DNA of 64,000 nucleotides from an uncultured Holophagales bacterium (GTDB taxonomy: Bacteria > Acidobacteriota > Thermoanaerobaculia > Multivoradales > UBA5704): positions 64,001 to 128,000 of the forward strand of contig CAWJGT010000034.1 of assembly GCA_963842525.1 (NCBI GenBank), written 5' to 3'. Each line of letters starts with the position of its first letter. Position 1 is the stretch's first letter. The notes below the pieces were generated by a model. The model did no database searches and had not been told where the DNA came from. It saw only the letters and a list, made by a program, of their open reading frames with translations. A program made the position numbers and the translations under genes. Positions 20,982 to 32,360 of the stretch are shown in pieces.

Positions 20982-22460
20982 TCAGTCCCGGGCCGCAGTG
21001 CGCTGCCGCAGCCAGCTCACCACGCCGGCGACGCCGTAGCCGGTGGCCCCGGGGCGGGCTCCGTTTTTCTCGGGCTTGAGGTTGGCGACCCCGGCGATGT
21101 CGAGGTGGGCCCAGCTCCGGAGCGAGCCCACGAACTGGGACAGGAAGGCCGCCGCCGTGCTCGCACCGCCCCAGCGGCCCCCGGAGTTCCTCAGGTCGGC
21201 GTGGGTCCCCCGCATGTCCTCGAGGAACTCGGGATACAGGGGGAGCCGCCAGAGGCGCTCGCCGCTCTCGGCCGCCGCGGCGAGGAGCTCGGCGGCGATC
21301 CCGTCGTCCTTCGTGAAGAGGCCCGCCGCCTGGTGGCCGAGGGCGACGACGCAGCTCCCGGTGAGCGTCGACAGCTCGACCAGCGCCTCCGCCCCCTCTT
21401 CCACGGCCCAGGCCATGGCATCGGCCAGGATCAGCCGCCCCTCGGCGTCGGTGTTGGTGATCTCCACGGTCTTGCCGTTGTAGCAGCGGAGGATGTCGCC
21501 CGGGCGGTAGGCCTTGTCGCTCGGCATGTTCTCGGCGAGGGGGACGTAGACGCGCAGACGCACCGGCAGGCCGAGGTCGACCGCGGCGCGCGCGGCCCCC
21601 AGCACGGCGCAGGCGCCGCACTTGTCGTACTTCATCTCGTCCATGTCGGCGGCCGGCTTGATCGAGATGCCGCCGGTGTCGAAGGTGATTCCCTTGCCCA
21701 CCAGTGCGATCACCGGGCCGGTGTCTCCCCAGGAAAGACGGACCAGGCGCGGCGGCACCGCGGCGCCGGAGCCCACCGCCAGCAGGCCGCCCATGCCGCG
21801 GCGGCGCAGCTCGTCCTGGTCGAGCACCGTCACCTCCATGCCGCGGTCCGCCGCCAGCTCGCGGGCGCGCTCCTCCATCCAGGCCGGCGTCGCCTCGTTG
21901 GGCGGCGTATTGGCGAGGTCGCGGGCGAAGGCGACGGCTTCGGCCACGGGCCGGGCGAATGCGAGGGCCGTCCGCCAGGTCTCCACCTCCCCGTCCGGCG
22001 GGGCGACCGCCACCTGCTCCGGGCCTTCGGTCTTCTCGCCCTGGAAGCGGTCGAACGAGTAGCCGGCGAGAGCGATCGTGCGCAGGCACCGCTCCGCGGC
22101 GGGCCCGCCGGTGGTCTCGGCGTCCCGGGGCAGGAGGACGGTCATGCGGCGCACACCGCCCAACCGGGCGTCCTCGGCGACGCGGGCGGTCCACGCGGCG
22201 AGCGCCTGGAAGGTCCAGTCCGCACGCTTGCCGAGCCCGTAGAGCGCGACCAGGGGCCCGCCGGCGCCCGCATCGGTCTGGGCCACCTGCTCGTCCTTGC
22301 CCTTCCAGCCGTTGCGGCCGGCCAGGCGCTCCAGGGCCGAGCGCAGCTCGCCCTCCGTGCCCTCGAGGTCCGGAGCTTCTCCTTCGAAGCAGCCGGTGAC
22401 CACCAGATCCCCTTCCACACGTCCCCGAGGGACGACGACCAAAGATGCGAGCTCCGTCAT
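20982..22460 (-). CDS. pepA: Leucyl aminopeptidase (M17)
   Basis: [48 protein letters not shown]. Confidence 0.95.
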   Translation of the reverse strand: MTELASLVVVPRGRVEGDLVVTGCFEGEAPDLEGTEGELRSALERLAGRNGWKGKDEQVAQTDAGAGGPLVALYGLGKRADWTFQALAAWTARVAEDARLGGVRRMTVLLPRDAETTGGPAAERCLRTIALAGYSFDRFQGEKTEGPEQVAVAPPDGEVETWRTALAFARPVAEAVAFARDLANTPPNEATPAWMEERARELAADRGMEVTVLDQDELRRRGMGGLLAVGSGAAVPPRLVRLSWGDTGPVIALVGKGITFDTGGISIKPAADMDEMKYDKCGACAVLGAARAAVDLGLPVRLRVYVPLAENMPSDKAYRPGDILRCYNGKTVEITNTDAEGRLILADAMAWAVEEGAEALVELSTLTGSCVVALGHQAAGLFTKDDGIAAELLAAAAESGERLWRLPLYPEFLEDMRGTHADLRNSGGRWGGASTAAAFLSQFVGSLRSWAHLDIAGVANLKPEKNGARPGATGYGVAGVVSWLRQRTAARD

Positions 22461-22561
22461 GACATCTCTCTCCTCAAACAGCCCGGCGGCAGTTTACCAG
22501 GGGCGTGGGTGTGGTATACGTAACCCCTCCGTCTGCTCATCTTCGAACCGGACGCCGCGCC

Positions 22562-24589
22562 ATGAAATCGACGTCGCTCCTGCAGCTCCTGCATGGTCCT
22601 TTCAACTTCCTGCGACCCGACCCCGAAGAGGTGCGCCGGCTCTTTCCCGACCACGCGCAGACCCTGCCCATGCCGCGTGCCATCTTCCTGGAGGACGAGG
22701 GCGCGACACCCCTGCAAGGCTTTCCCGTCCTCGTCTCGGAGGGGATGACCGCGTTGCGCGAGGCTTTGCGGCAGTACGTGCTGGCCGAAGAGGCGGTGCA
22801 GCTCGCCGCCCTGCGACGGGAGCCGCACGACGTCAAAGCTTATAGTGCGGCGTGGGAACGCTATCGCGCCCTGCTCGCCCGCGCGGTCGAGAACGCCACG
22901 ATCTCCAGCTATGGCCGGCAGTATCCGGCCCTCTTCTGGCTCCATCACTCCCTGGAGGTGGCGCGGCTGCTCAAGGAGACCCCGAAGCGGCTCCTGCGCG
23001 AGGACACCGAGCTCGGCCGGCGGCACGGCGACGGCATCCGCTACCGCATCTTCGACCGCTTCCTCGACCGGGTGCTCTCCACCACCTACGACCTGGTCCA
23101 GAAGGTGGCCGGCGACACCGAAGAGGTCGAGGCAGAGCTCTTCCCGCGCCTGCTCAACCGCATGCGCGACAACGTGCTCATCTTCACCGAGGACTACATC
23201 GGGCGCGACCTCGCCGAGCTCGGGAGCTACTTCAACGGCTCGCTGCGCATCGACGGCCGCGACCTGCGCAACCGGCTCGACGAGCTGGCGCGCTGGCACA
23301 CCGAATCCCTGGCCACCGACCCCAGCCTCCAGAGCGTCGTCTCCCACCTGTTGCGGGCCGACCCGAAGACCGACGCCCGGGACCTGCTCATCCGGCCCGG
23401 CTACGTCTCCTACCTGGCGACGTCCAGGGGATACAACCCGTCCCGCCTGCTGCCGCCGCCCCTGGTCCAGGTCTGGGAGAGCCTGCTGCTCAAGCTCAAG
23501 GAGTTCGAGCTTCTGCACGCTCTGCGGCGCGCCATCCTGCCGGCCGAGCCGCGCGACGGCGTGCTCGTCTGCCGCGACGTGCCGGGGCTGCGCGGCAAGG
23601 TCCACCTCTCCAGCGCGACGCGGCCCATGGACTTCCTGGAGCCCTGGGTGATCGACCCCCGGGTCGAGCGTTTCGGGCTGATCTACGACATCAGCGACTT
23701 CTCCCAGACCCTCTCCGTCCTCCACCGGGCAGGAGCCGAGAGCCAGGACGAGGCCTTCCGCACCATGTTCCGCTTCCAGCGGCGGGTCCTTCACCTGGCG
23801 CTCTCCCACCGCACCAAGATGGAGAAGTACCTGGGCGACGGCGCCTTCTTCTCCGCCCGCGAGGCCCTCCGGCTGCTGGTCTGCTCGATCCACATCCAGC
23901 GCTACTACGTGCAGGCCCTGCAGGAGGGGCTGCCCTTCGACCGCGGCATGCGCATCGCGCTCAACTACGGCTCCTACCGCCTGATCCCCATGGGCGGCCT
24001 GCCGGAGGAGGGGGAGCGCTACGAGTTTTTCGGTCCCGGGCTGGTCGAGCTGTCGCGCCTGACGACCGGCAAGGCGACCCAGGAAGTGGAAGAGGTCAAG
24101 ATGACGCTGATCAGCCAGGGGTATCCCGAAGCCGCGGTCCACCGCTTCTTCGCGCCGCTGGCCTCCAAGAACGTCGACGTGGTGGACAAGCGGGAAGAGG
24201 CGCGCCGCTTCTATGCCTACATCAACCAGAACGGCACCCTGCACAACAACGGCATCGTTGCCACACACCCCTTCATGGTGCGGCTCGAGACGGAGCTGGG
24301 TACGCGTCCCCTCGCCCGCGGCACCGACGAGGACCGGCGCTATGTCGTCCTCGGCGTGGACGACGCCGGCGAGACGCTCCAGCTCGGCATCCGCAAGCTC
24401 GGCATGGCCCACTTGAAGGGGCTCGAGAAGCTCGCCGTCTACGAGATCGTCGACGGCGCGATGCTGGACGACCTGACCGCCCTCAAGGACGATTGCCTCG
24501 TCGCCGCGATCGATCGCGAGTTCGCCAGCACCATGTCCACCCGCCGCCAGCCCCGGCCCTCCCCGGTGCCGCGGATCGAAACAGCATAG
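22562..24589 (+). CDS. Hypothetical protein with divergent class III nucleotide cyclase-like domain
   Basis: LIYDISDFSQ, EKYLGDGAFF, MRIALNYG, FFGPGLVELSRL; long helical N-terminus. Confidence 0.65.
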   Translation: MKSTSLLQLLHGPFNFLRPDPEEVRRLFPDHAQTLPMPRAIFLEDEGATPLQGFPVLVSEGMTALREALRQYVLAEEAVQLAALRREPHDVKAYSAAWERYRALLARAVENATISSYGRQYPALFWLHHSLEVARLLKETPKRLLREDTELGRRHGDGIRYRIFDRFLDRVLSTTYDLVQKVAGDTEEVEAELFPRLLNRMRDNVLIFTEDYIGRDLAELGSYFNGSLRIDGRDLRNRLDELARWHTESLATDPSLQSVVSHLLRADPKTDARDLLIRPGYVSYLATSRGYNPSRLLPPPLVQVWESLLLKLKEFELLHALRRAILPAEPRDGVLVCRDVPGLRGKVHLSSATRPMDFLEPWVIDPRVERFGLIYDISDFSQTLSVLHRAGAESQDEAFRTMFRFQRRVLHLALSHRTKMEKYLGDGAFFSAREALRLLVCSIHIQRYYVQALQEGLPFDRGMRIALNYGSYRLIPMGGLPEEGERYEFFGPGLVELSRLTTGKATQEVEEVKMTLISQGYPEAAVHRFFAPLASKNVDVVDKREEARRFYAYINQNGTLHNNGIVATHPFMVRLETELGTRPLARGTDEDRRYVVLGVDDAGETLQLGIRKLGMAHLKGLEKLAVYEIVDGAMLDDLTALKDDCLVAAIDREFASTMSTRRQPRPSPVPRIETA

Positions 24590-24601
24590 ACTCTCCCCCC
24601 G

Positions 24602-25481
24602 ATGGAGCCGATGGAGCCCGTCCTCTGGCAGAGCAACCTCCCAGGGCTGCCGCCGCCGCGGCGGGGCAAGGTGCGGGACGTCTACGACCTGGGCGACAGC
24701 CTGCTCATCGTGGCGACCGACCGGCTGTCGGCCTACGACCACGTGTTGCAGCCGGGCATTCCGGGCAAGGGGAAGATCCTCAACCAGATCTCCAACTTCT
24801 GGTTCGACAAGCTGGACGACGTGGTGCCCAACCACCTGCTGGCGACCGATCCGGAGGACTTCCCGTCCGGGCTCGCCCCGTTCCGGGAGATGCTGCGCGG
24901 CCGGACAGTCCTGGTGCGCAAGGCGCGGGTGGTGCCCTTCGAGTGTGTGGCGCGCGGCTACCTGGCGGGGAGCGGCTTCCGCGAATACAGCGCCGCCGGC
25001 CGGGTCTGCGGCATCGAGCTCCCTCCCGGCCTCGACCGTGCGAGCCGCCTCCCCCACCCCATCTTCACCCCGGCCACCAAGGCCGAGGCCGGCCACGACG
25101 AGAACATCGATTTCGCCACCGTCGAAGAGGCCATGGGTCCTGACCTCGCCGCCACCCTGCGCAGCCTCACCCTGGATCTCTACGAACGGGGAGCGGCCCA
25201 CGCGGCCGCAAAGGACCTGATCCTCGCCGACACCAAATTCGAATTCGGCTTCGCGGACGACGGCCGGCTCCTCCTGATCGACGAGGTCCTGACCCCCGAC
25301 TCCTCGCGCTACTGGGACGTCGTCCACTGGCAGCCCGGCCGCGAGCCCGCCTCCTTCGACAAGCAGTTCGTGCGCAACTGGCTCGACGAGAGCGGCTGGG
25401 ACAAGGAATCCCCCCCGCCGGTCCTTCCCGAGGACGTCGTCCAGGGCACCCGCGACCGCTACATTGAAGCCTTCCGCCGCC

Positions 25482-25510
<29 letters not shown>
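24602..25510 (+). CDS. purC: SAICAR synthase (true stop probably ~25506; ORF reads through to 25771)
   Basis: RGKVRDVY, ATDRLSAYD, ECVARGYLAGSG, FTPATKA..GHDENI, ADTKFEFG, DEVLTPDSSRYW, SFDKQFVR. Confidence 0.95.
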
Positions 25511-26477
<967 letters not shown>

Positions 26478-26596
26478 CGGGTGGATGATAGCTCACCACC
26501 GGCTTTCAGAGCTGTGTCGTCGTAGACAATCCTTGATGAATCATCATATAATCAATATGTAGGTGTCCTGCCTCGCGGGTGTGAAAAGGAGAGCGC

Positions 26597-29500
26597 TTGC
26601 CTTCCCATCGTTCTCTTTGTCTGTATCTTGCTCTGCTGGCGACTGCTTCCATGGCGGCCGCTTCGTCCGGACCAAGCCGTCTGCGCATTGAGGTGGTGGC
26701 CGCGGGCGGCCGGGCGATCCCGGAGGAACGGTACCTTGCCGTCGTCCCGGAGGACCGTCCCTGGGAGGAACCTCTCCGGGAGGCGGTCGTCCCAGCGGAT
26801 GCGGCGGCGCCACCGGGCTGGGAAATCCCCCCCGGGCGCTACCGCGTGGTGTGCTCAGCTCGTGGTCATGAGGTGGCTTACCAGCCTGCCTTCGATCTCG
26901 TTTCCGGAGCAGAACGGACTGAGCATTGCGCTCTGCGACGACTGGTCGAGGTCTCCGGCCGGATCGTGTCGTCCCCCGTTGACCGCCCGTTTGCCGGCGG
27001 GAAAATTGGTCTTCCTCATGCATTTCTGACCGATTTTTCTCTGAAGCTCAGCCCTCTCGGGGAATCCTTTACGGGGCCTGACCGGCTCGGAGAATCCGAC
27101 GCCGAAGGGCGTTTCCGCCTCCTCGGCCTCCCTGGCCACAAGTCGGCGGTCTGGATCGAGGCAGAAGGGTTTGCACCGGAGTACCTGCCAAACGTGCTGT
27201 TCCCGGCGGGAGGAGGTGACCTGGGCACGGTCCGGCTCGCCCCCGGGGGTATCCTCGAGGTGACGGTCGACCTCCCCCCCGGATTTCCGGCCGCGCTGTA
27301 TTCGCTGGTCCTCCGCCCGCGGGCTAGGGCCAGTACAGACGAGGTGCGGGACGGCCTCGCGCAACGGATCTGGGAGCGGCCGGTTGCCCACGGGCTGCCG
27401 GCGCGCTGGATGTCGCTCCCGGTGGGAACCTACGACGTCTGGTTGAAGGGATCGGCCCAAGGAGATCATCAGATCCTGCCGATCGAGCTGGGTGCGGTGG
27501 ACCTCCGGCCGGAGAGGCGCTCCGTGAAGCTCGCTCTTCCCCCGGGAGCGCTGCCGGTGTCGGGATCTGCCCCGGCTCCTGCGCCGGCCGAGGGCGAGCT
27601 CCGGTTGATCTCGGAGTCCTCTCCCCGTCCGGAGGAACGCTTCGGGATCCGGCGGTGGCATGGGGACAAAGTGGAAGAAGGGTCCGTAACGTGGCGCAAG
27701 GCAAGTGCGGGCGGCCTGTTTCTGGTTGCCGGCTGCCGGCCGGGGCTCACCCTCGTCCTCCAGAGCGCCGAGCGGGTTTCGTCTCCTGTCGTGATCGGGC
27801 CCGAGGACTGTGCGAAAGGCCGGACCCTGCGGATCACCCTTCACGCGGCCGCCGAGCTGAAGGGGGTGATGCAGCCTCCCACCGGCAGCCCCAGGCCGCA
27901 GCGAGCCCGCCTCCGCGCGGCCCTCTGTGCGGAGCGCCCGCAGCTCCTGGGAAAGCCGGCCGGCGAGTATCCATTCCTCGTCGCCGCGGACGGCCGGTGG
28001 TCCGTGAAGGTGCCGGCGCCCTGCCTCGACGCTACCCTCCTGGCCGGTGATTTCGCTCCGCACACGTGGCCGGGCGTCAAAGTCGAGCGCGGGAAGAGCC
28101 TCGATCTCGGGACCCAGAGCCTGACCTGGGGGGCCGCGCTCCTGGCACGGCTCGTGTCCGATGCCGATAGCCTGCCCGTCGAAGGTGCGCGGGCTGAGGT
28201 CGTCCGCGAGGCGGAGCTTGGGAAGACGGTCGCGGCCACCTTCTCCGGCCAGGAAGCCCCGGTGGTGGCCGCCGGCCTCACGGGAAGGGGCGGCTGGGTC
28301 CGCCTGGCGGGGTTGCCCGCAGGCGAGTTCCACCTCCGCGTCACTCCGCGCGACGGGCTCCCGACCTTCAGCGAGCACTTCGAGCTGGCTCCACGCCTGG
28401 AGACGCTCCTCGGGGAAGTGAGGATTCCGCCGCCGGCGGAGCTGAGCGTGGCCCTGCAGCCGAGCCCTGACCTGGCGGCCGAATTCGGCGAGTACCAGGT
28501 CGGGTTGGAGGGAGTTGGCCCGCCGGAATGGCTCAAGGCGGTGAGGTCCAGCGCGAAAGCGGACGAGAGCGGAGTCGTACGCTTCCCACGGCTCGCACCA
28601 GGGCGGTGGCGGGTTGTGGCCTTCGGCCGAAGCTCGGGCCCGCCGCAGGTTCTGGGCAAGGAAGAAGTGCAGCTTGCCCCAGGGGCTGCGGAGACCCTGA
28701 CTCTGGAGTTGAGCCGGAGCCTTTATCGAGGCCGGGTCACCTGGCGCGGTGAGCCCATCGAGGCCTCGGTCGACCTGCGGCCGGCAGCGCTCGACGGGCG
28801 ACAGCCAGGCCGCACCTACTCGGACGCCGAGGGGGTCTTTTCCGTCGCGCTCGATCAGGGCGGGGAGTACTCCGTCATCGTCCACCATCTTCAGGGGAAG
28901 GCGCACGGCACGATCCCGTCCGTCGTCTTTGACGATCCCTCGGAGGTCGTGGAGGTCCGCCTGCCCGAAGGCCGGATCGCGGGGTCGGTTATCGACTCCG
29001 AGGGCCAGTCTGTCAGGGATGCTTCAGTCCGCGCGGAGCCCATAGCGAACCGCTTTGCAGCGCCCCCGCCTCAACAGCAGGCGCGGAGCCGCGAGCAGGG
29101 CATTTACGAGTTGGAGGGGCTGGCGGCCGGCGAGTGGCTGGTTTCGGCGCGGGCCGGCGAGCAGGAGGCCGACGCGGTGCTCGTCGAGCTCGCTGACGGG
29201 GAGTCCCGGAGCGGCGTCAAGCTCGTGGTCCCGGCAGTGGACCGGCTGACCGGCCGTGTGGTGACGGCCGGGGGCCAGCCGGTCTCTGGAGCCAGAGGGA
29301 GCATCGAGGTCCTGCGCGAGGAATCAGCCGGCTGGCCGCATTCGGTCTCGTTCACCACCCAGATGGACGGGCAGTTCGAAGCCACGGCTGCCGTTCCTCC
29401 CGGGGCTCTCGTCAATGTCGTGGTCGAGGCCCAAGGATATCCAGTCACCTCCGTCCGAAAACCGGCGGCGGATAGTCTGGAAATCGTCCTGCCGCAGGCA

Positions 29501-29824
29501 GGGGGAGCGGTCGAGCTGGCCCTGGAGGACACGACATGGCGCGAGGTGCGCCCCTTTGGCCTGTACTTGGTGGCGCGTGATGGGTCGTATCTCAGCCTGC
29601 GCAGCGCGGGCTGGCAGCGGCGGTCCGACACCGCAGGCAGCATCCCCCTTCTCGCTGCCGGGCATTGGGTGCTTGTGAAAGTCGATTCTCTGGCTGGCCA
29701 GCACATGCTTGCGGCGGGCGCCGGCAGGGGCCTTCCGGTTCTCACGGAATTCGAAGTCAGGGCGGGAGGGGCCGTACGAGTCGAGATCCCGGGTCCTCCG
29801 CGATCGCCGAGCGGCGGATCCTGA
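26597..29824 (+). CDS. Large secreted protein with multiple carboxypeptidase-regulatory-like / Cna-B-like beta-sandwich repeats
   Basis: Signal peptide; repeated SDAEGRFRLLGL, GWVRLAGLPAGEFHLRV, ADESGVVRFPRLAPGRW, SDAEGVFSV, GIYELEGLAAGEW. Confidence 0.85.
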   Translation: MPSHRSLCLYLALLATASMAAASSGPSRLRIEVVAAGGRAIPEERYLAVVPEDRPWEEPLREAVVPADAAAPPGWEIPPGRYRVVCSARGHEVAYQPAFDLVSGAERTEHCALRRLVEVSGRIVSSPVDRPFAGGKIGLPHAFLTDFSLKLSPLGESFTGPDRLGESDAEGRFRLLGLPGHKSAVWIEAEGFAPEYLPNVLFPAGGGDLGTVRLAPGGILEVTVDLPPGFPAALYSLVLRPRARASTDEVRDGLAQRIWERPVAHGLPARWMSLPVGTYDVWLKGSAQGDHQILPIELGAVDLRPERRSVKLALPPGALPVSGSAPAPAPAEGELRLISESSPRPEERFGIRRWHGDKVEEGSVTWRKASAGGLFLVAGCRPGLTLVLQSAERVSSPVVIGPEDCAKGRTLRITLHAAAELKGVMQPPTGSPRPQRARLRAALCAERPQLLGKPAGEYPFLVAADGRWSVKVPAPCLDATLLAGDFAPHTWPGVKVERGKSLDLGTQSLTWGAALLARLVSDADSLPVEGARAEVVREAELGKTVAATFSGQEAPVVAAGLTGRGGWVRLAGLPAGEFHLRVTPRDGLPTFSEHFELAPRLETLLGEVRIPPPAELSVALQPSPDLAAEFGEYQVGLEGVGPPEWLKAVRSSAKADESGVVRFPRLAPGRWRVVAFGRSSGPPQVLGKEEVQLAPGAAETLTLELSRSLYRGRVTWRGEPIEASVDLRPAALDGRQPGRTYSDAEGVFSVALDQGGEYSVIVHHLQGKAHGTIPSVVFDDPSEVVEVRLPEGRIAGSVIDSEGQSVRDASVRAEPIANRFAAPPPQQQARSREQGIYELEGLAAGEWLVSARAGEQEADAVLVELADGESRSGVKLVVPAVDRLTGRVVTAGGQPVSGARGSIEVLREESAGWPHSVSFTTQMDGQFEATAAVPPGALVNVVVEAQGYPVTSVRKPAADSLEIVLPQAGGAVELALEDTTWREVRPFGLYLVARDGSYLSLRSAGWQRRSDTAGSIPLLAAGHWVLVKVDSLAGQHMLAAGAGRGLPVLTEFEVRAGGAVRVEIPGPPRSPSGGS

Positions 29825-29841
29825 CCAGAAAGGAGGAGTGG

Positions 29842-30246
29842 ATGAGATGCCATGCGAGAAGAGTGGTTGGGCTCCTTTTGTTGGCCTTTCTCGCCCAACC
29901 TGCCATGCTCAGGGCCTATTCCTGGTGCGAGTCCTGTTATCACTACCGAGGTGGACCGGGCGGTTGGGACCAGCAGGCGCAATGCTGTATTTCTGGGACC
30001 TATCATTGCGATCTGCTCGCAGACGAGGACGACGCATACTTGGTCTTTGAAGGTAGAGAGATCTGTACGATCGTGACCGTCGAGTTCGGCTACGCCTGTG
30101 CAGGCTGGGGCACCTGCAGTGACGGAGGTGGCGGCGGTGGAGGTGGTGGTGGCGGGGGTGGTGGCGGTGGCGGTGGGAGCTGTACGCAGGCTCCCGGAGG
30201 CTGGTGCCCCGCCGAGTGTTTCTCGTGCGAGCCTGCCGCCTTCTGA
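29842..30246 (+). CDS. Small secreted Cys-rich protein with 18-Gly linker and C-terminal CxxxxxxCPAECxxC motif
   Basis: AGGAGG RBS at 29831; signal peptide ending AMLRA; 12 Cys in the mature part; synonymous-codon-varied Gly run. Confidence 0.85.
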   Translation: MRCHARRVVGLLLLAFLAQPAMLRAYSWCESCYHYRGGPGGWDQQAQCCISGTYHCDLLADEDDAYLVFEGREICTIVTVEFGYACAGWGTCSDGGGGGGGGGGGGGGGGGGSCTQAPGGWCPAECFSCEPAAF

Positions 30247-30251
30247 TCGTA

Positions 30252-32238
30252 GTGCGCCAGAGGGAGAGGCCCATTCCCCGGCTCTCCCGCCGGCCCTTGT
30301 GCGGCCTTGCGATTGGCCTCCTTGTGGCGGGAGCCGTCCTGGGAGAAGATCTCTTCTCGCCTCTATCGCCCCGCCCGCTTCTGAGACTCCCTGAGGGAAG
30401 CCGCGGCATGCCCTGGATGGCCACGGTCGCAGCGGCTCCCGACAACCGGTCCGCAGCGGTCTGGGTGGAGAAAGGTGAAGAGGCCGGAAAGGCGCGGATC
30501 CAGGGCAGGCTCTTCGACGCCCGGCTGCGCCCTGCCGGCAAGCTTTTCCCCATTTTCCAAGCCGGCTTCCGGTGCTGGGGTAAGCTCGCCGCGGCGTTCC
30601 TCGGTCCTGAACGTTTCGTCGTCCTCGAGACCTGCCATTCCGGCGAGGAGGATGGTGAGCACATCTTCGCCCGGCTCTTTGACGGCGACGGCGCTCCTCG
30701 GGGAGAACCATTCCGCATCCATGCCGAGGCTTTCGGGGCACAGCGGCGTCCCCGGGTCGCGGCCTGCGGCAGCGACCGGTTCGTGACCGTCTGGGAGAGC
30801 GAAGGCGAGGACGGCTCGGGCTGGGGGGTGTTCGGCCGCATCTTCTCGGCGGCGGGCCGGCCGCTCACCGAACCGTTCGCACTCCATGAGCCGACCCGCC
30901 TCGATCAGCTACAGCCGGAAGTTGCCTGCACGGACTCTGGCCGGTTCCTGACGGTCTGGAGTGGAGACGGAGGGCGAGGCGGCGCTGCGATCTTCGCCCG
31001 CTGGTTCGAGGCCGATGGCACCTCTGCCGGCCCGGAGCTGCGGGTGAGCTCCGGCCGCGGCGGCGACCCTGAGCTCCCCGACGTTGCGCTGCTGCCGGAC
31101 GGCGGCTTTGCCGCGGTGTGGCGCTCGGCTGACGGCGCCCTCATCCGCCGTTTCGACGCCGCCGGGAGAACGGCCGGCGAGGAACTGCGCTTCGACAGCC
31201 CGGGACCGGTACGCTCGCTCCTCGAATATGGTCCCAGGATCGCGGCCGGCCCCGGCGGCCAACTCCTCGTCGTCTGGCACGCATTTGGCCCGTCCCGCGT
31301 CTTCGGCCGTTTTGTCGACGGCGAGAGGAACCTGCCTCTGGAGGCGGCGTTTCCCTTGGATGGAGCTTCCGGATGGCAGGACCTCCCCGATGTCAGTCCG
31401 GCGCCAGATGGCGGCTTTCTTGTCTCCTGGGTGGCGGCAACGGAAGGGGGAGGCCCCCGGGAAGCTCCGGGCGCGACGCGTTCCGTCCCCGGACTCCAGG
31501 AGCCGTCCTCTGACCCCGGAAGAGGTCGCTTGCGAAGCACAACGTCTGGAGGCTACCCTGTCGAGGCTGGCTTTCTCGCCGGCCGGTGGGCTGTCGGGAG
31601 CGGTGCTCTTTCCGGGAGAGGACAGCGTCCTTGTGGGGCGGGTCCATGCCGGCGAGCCCCATGTGAACCGCGCTTTCATGCTTGACCTGAACGGGAAAGT
31701 CATTTTGGAGACCGTGCCGGAGGCGCAGGCCGTTCTGCAGGTGGAATGGATCCCGCCGGAGGGTAAAAAAACGGATCGGGGACCTGAGCCGGCTTGTCAC
31801 TCGTATTTGACCGCGCGTGACCGATCGCGCGCCGAGTGGCTCGCTCGCCGGCTCCGCCCACGCGGCTCTGCGGACTCCCTGGCCCTGGCGGTCTATCGTG
31901 GGGAGGGCGTCGATACCTTCCGGCTCGACCTCTATCCCCGTGATGTGAAGAGGAGGGCGCTGGGGCGGCTGGCCGCCGAGGCTCGGGTATTCTGTGATCA
32001 GGAAGGACCGGTCGAGATCCGCGCAAAGGTTCTGGAAACCCGCACAGCGCTGCGGCCTTCCGTCTCTCCAGGGGCAGATCCTTTCGGCCTGAGCTGGCTG
32101 GCCGAACCCGGTGAGGTTCCGGCAGAGCCTCCGACGCTCTGGGCATCCCGTGGCGATCGGGAGCTGCGGATCGATCTGCGTGGCCCAGAGCGGGGTGTGG
32201 ATTCTGAGGCCTCTCCGCTCTGCACGGGCTCGAAGTAG
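30252..32238 (+). CDS. Secreted beta-propeller repeat protein with C-terminal domain (frameshift near 31450)
   Basis: Signal/TM; ~7 repeats of VA..G.F.VVW..I.AR.FD..G...G.EF; continuation in ORF 31084..32238. Confidence 0.7.
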
Positions 32239-32360
32239 CCCCGGCTCCGCGCTGTCTCTTTGACCCAGCGCAAAGACCGCCCCTCCCCCACCCCACCCCC
32301 TGAGGCAGGCTACCACGGCCGTAGGCCAAGCGAGCAGAGTCCCGACATACACTGCACGCC

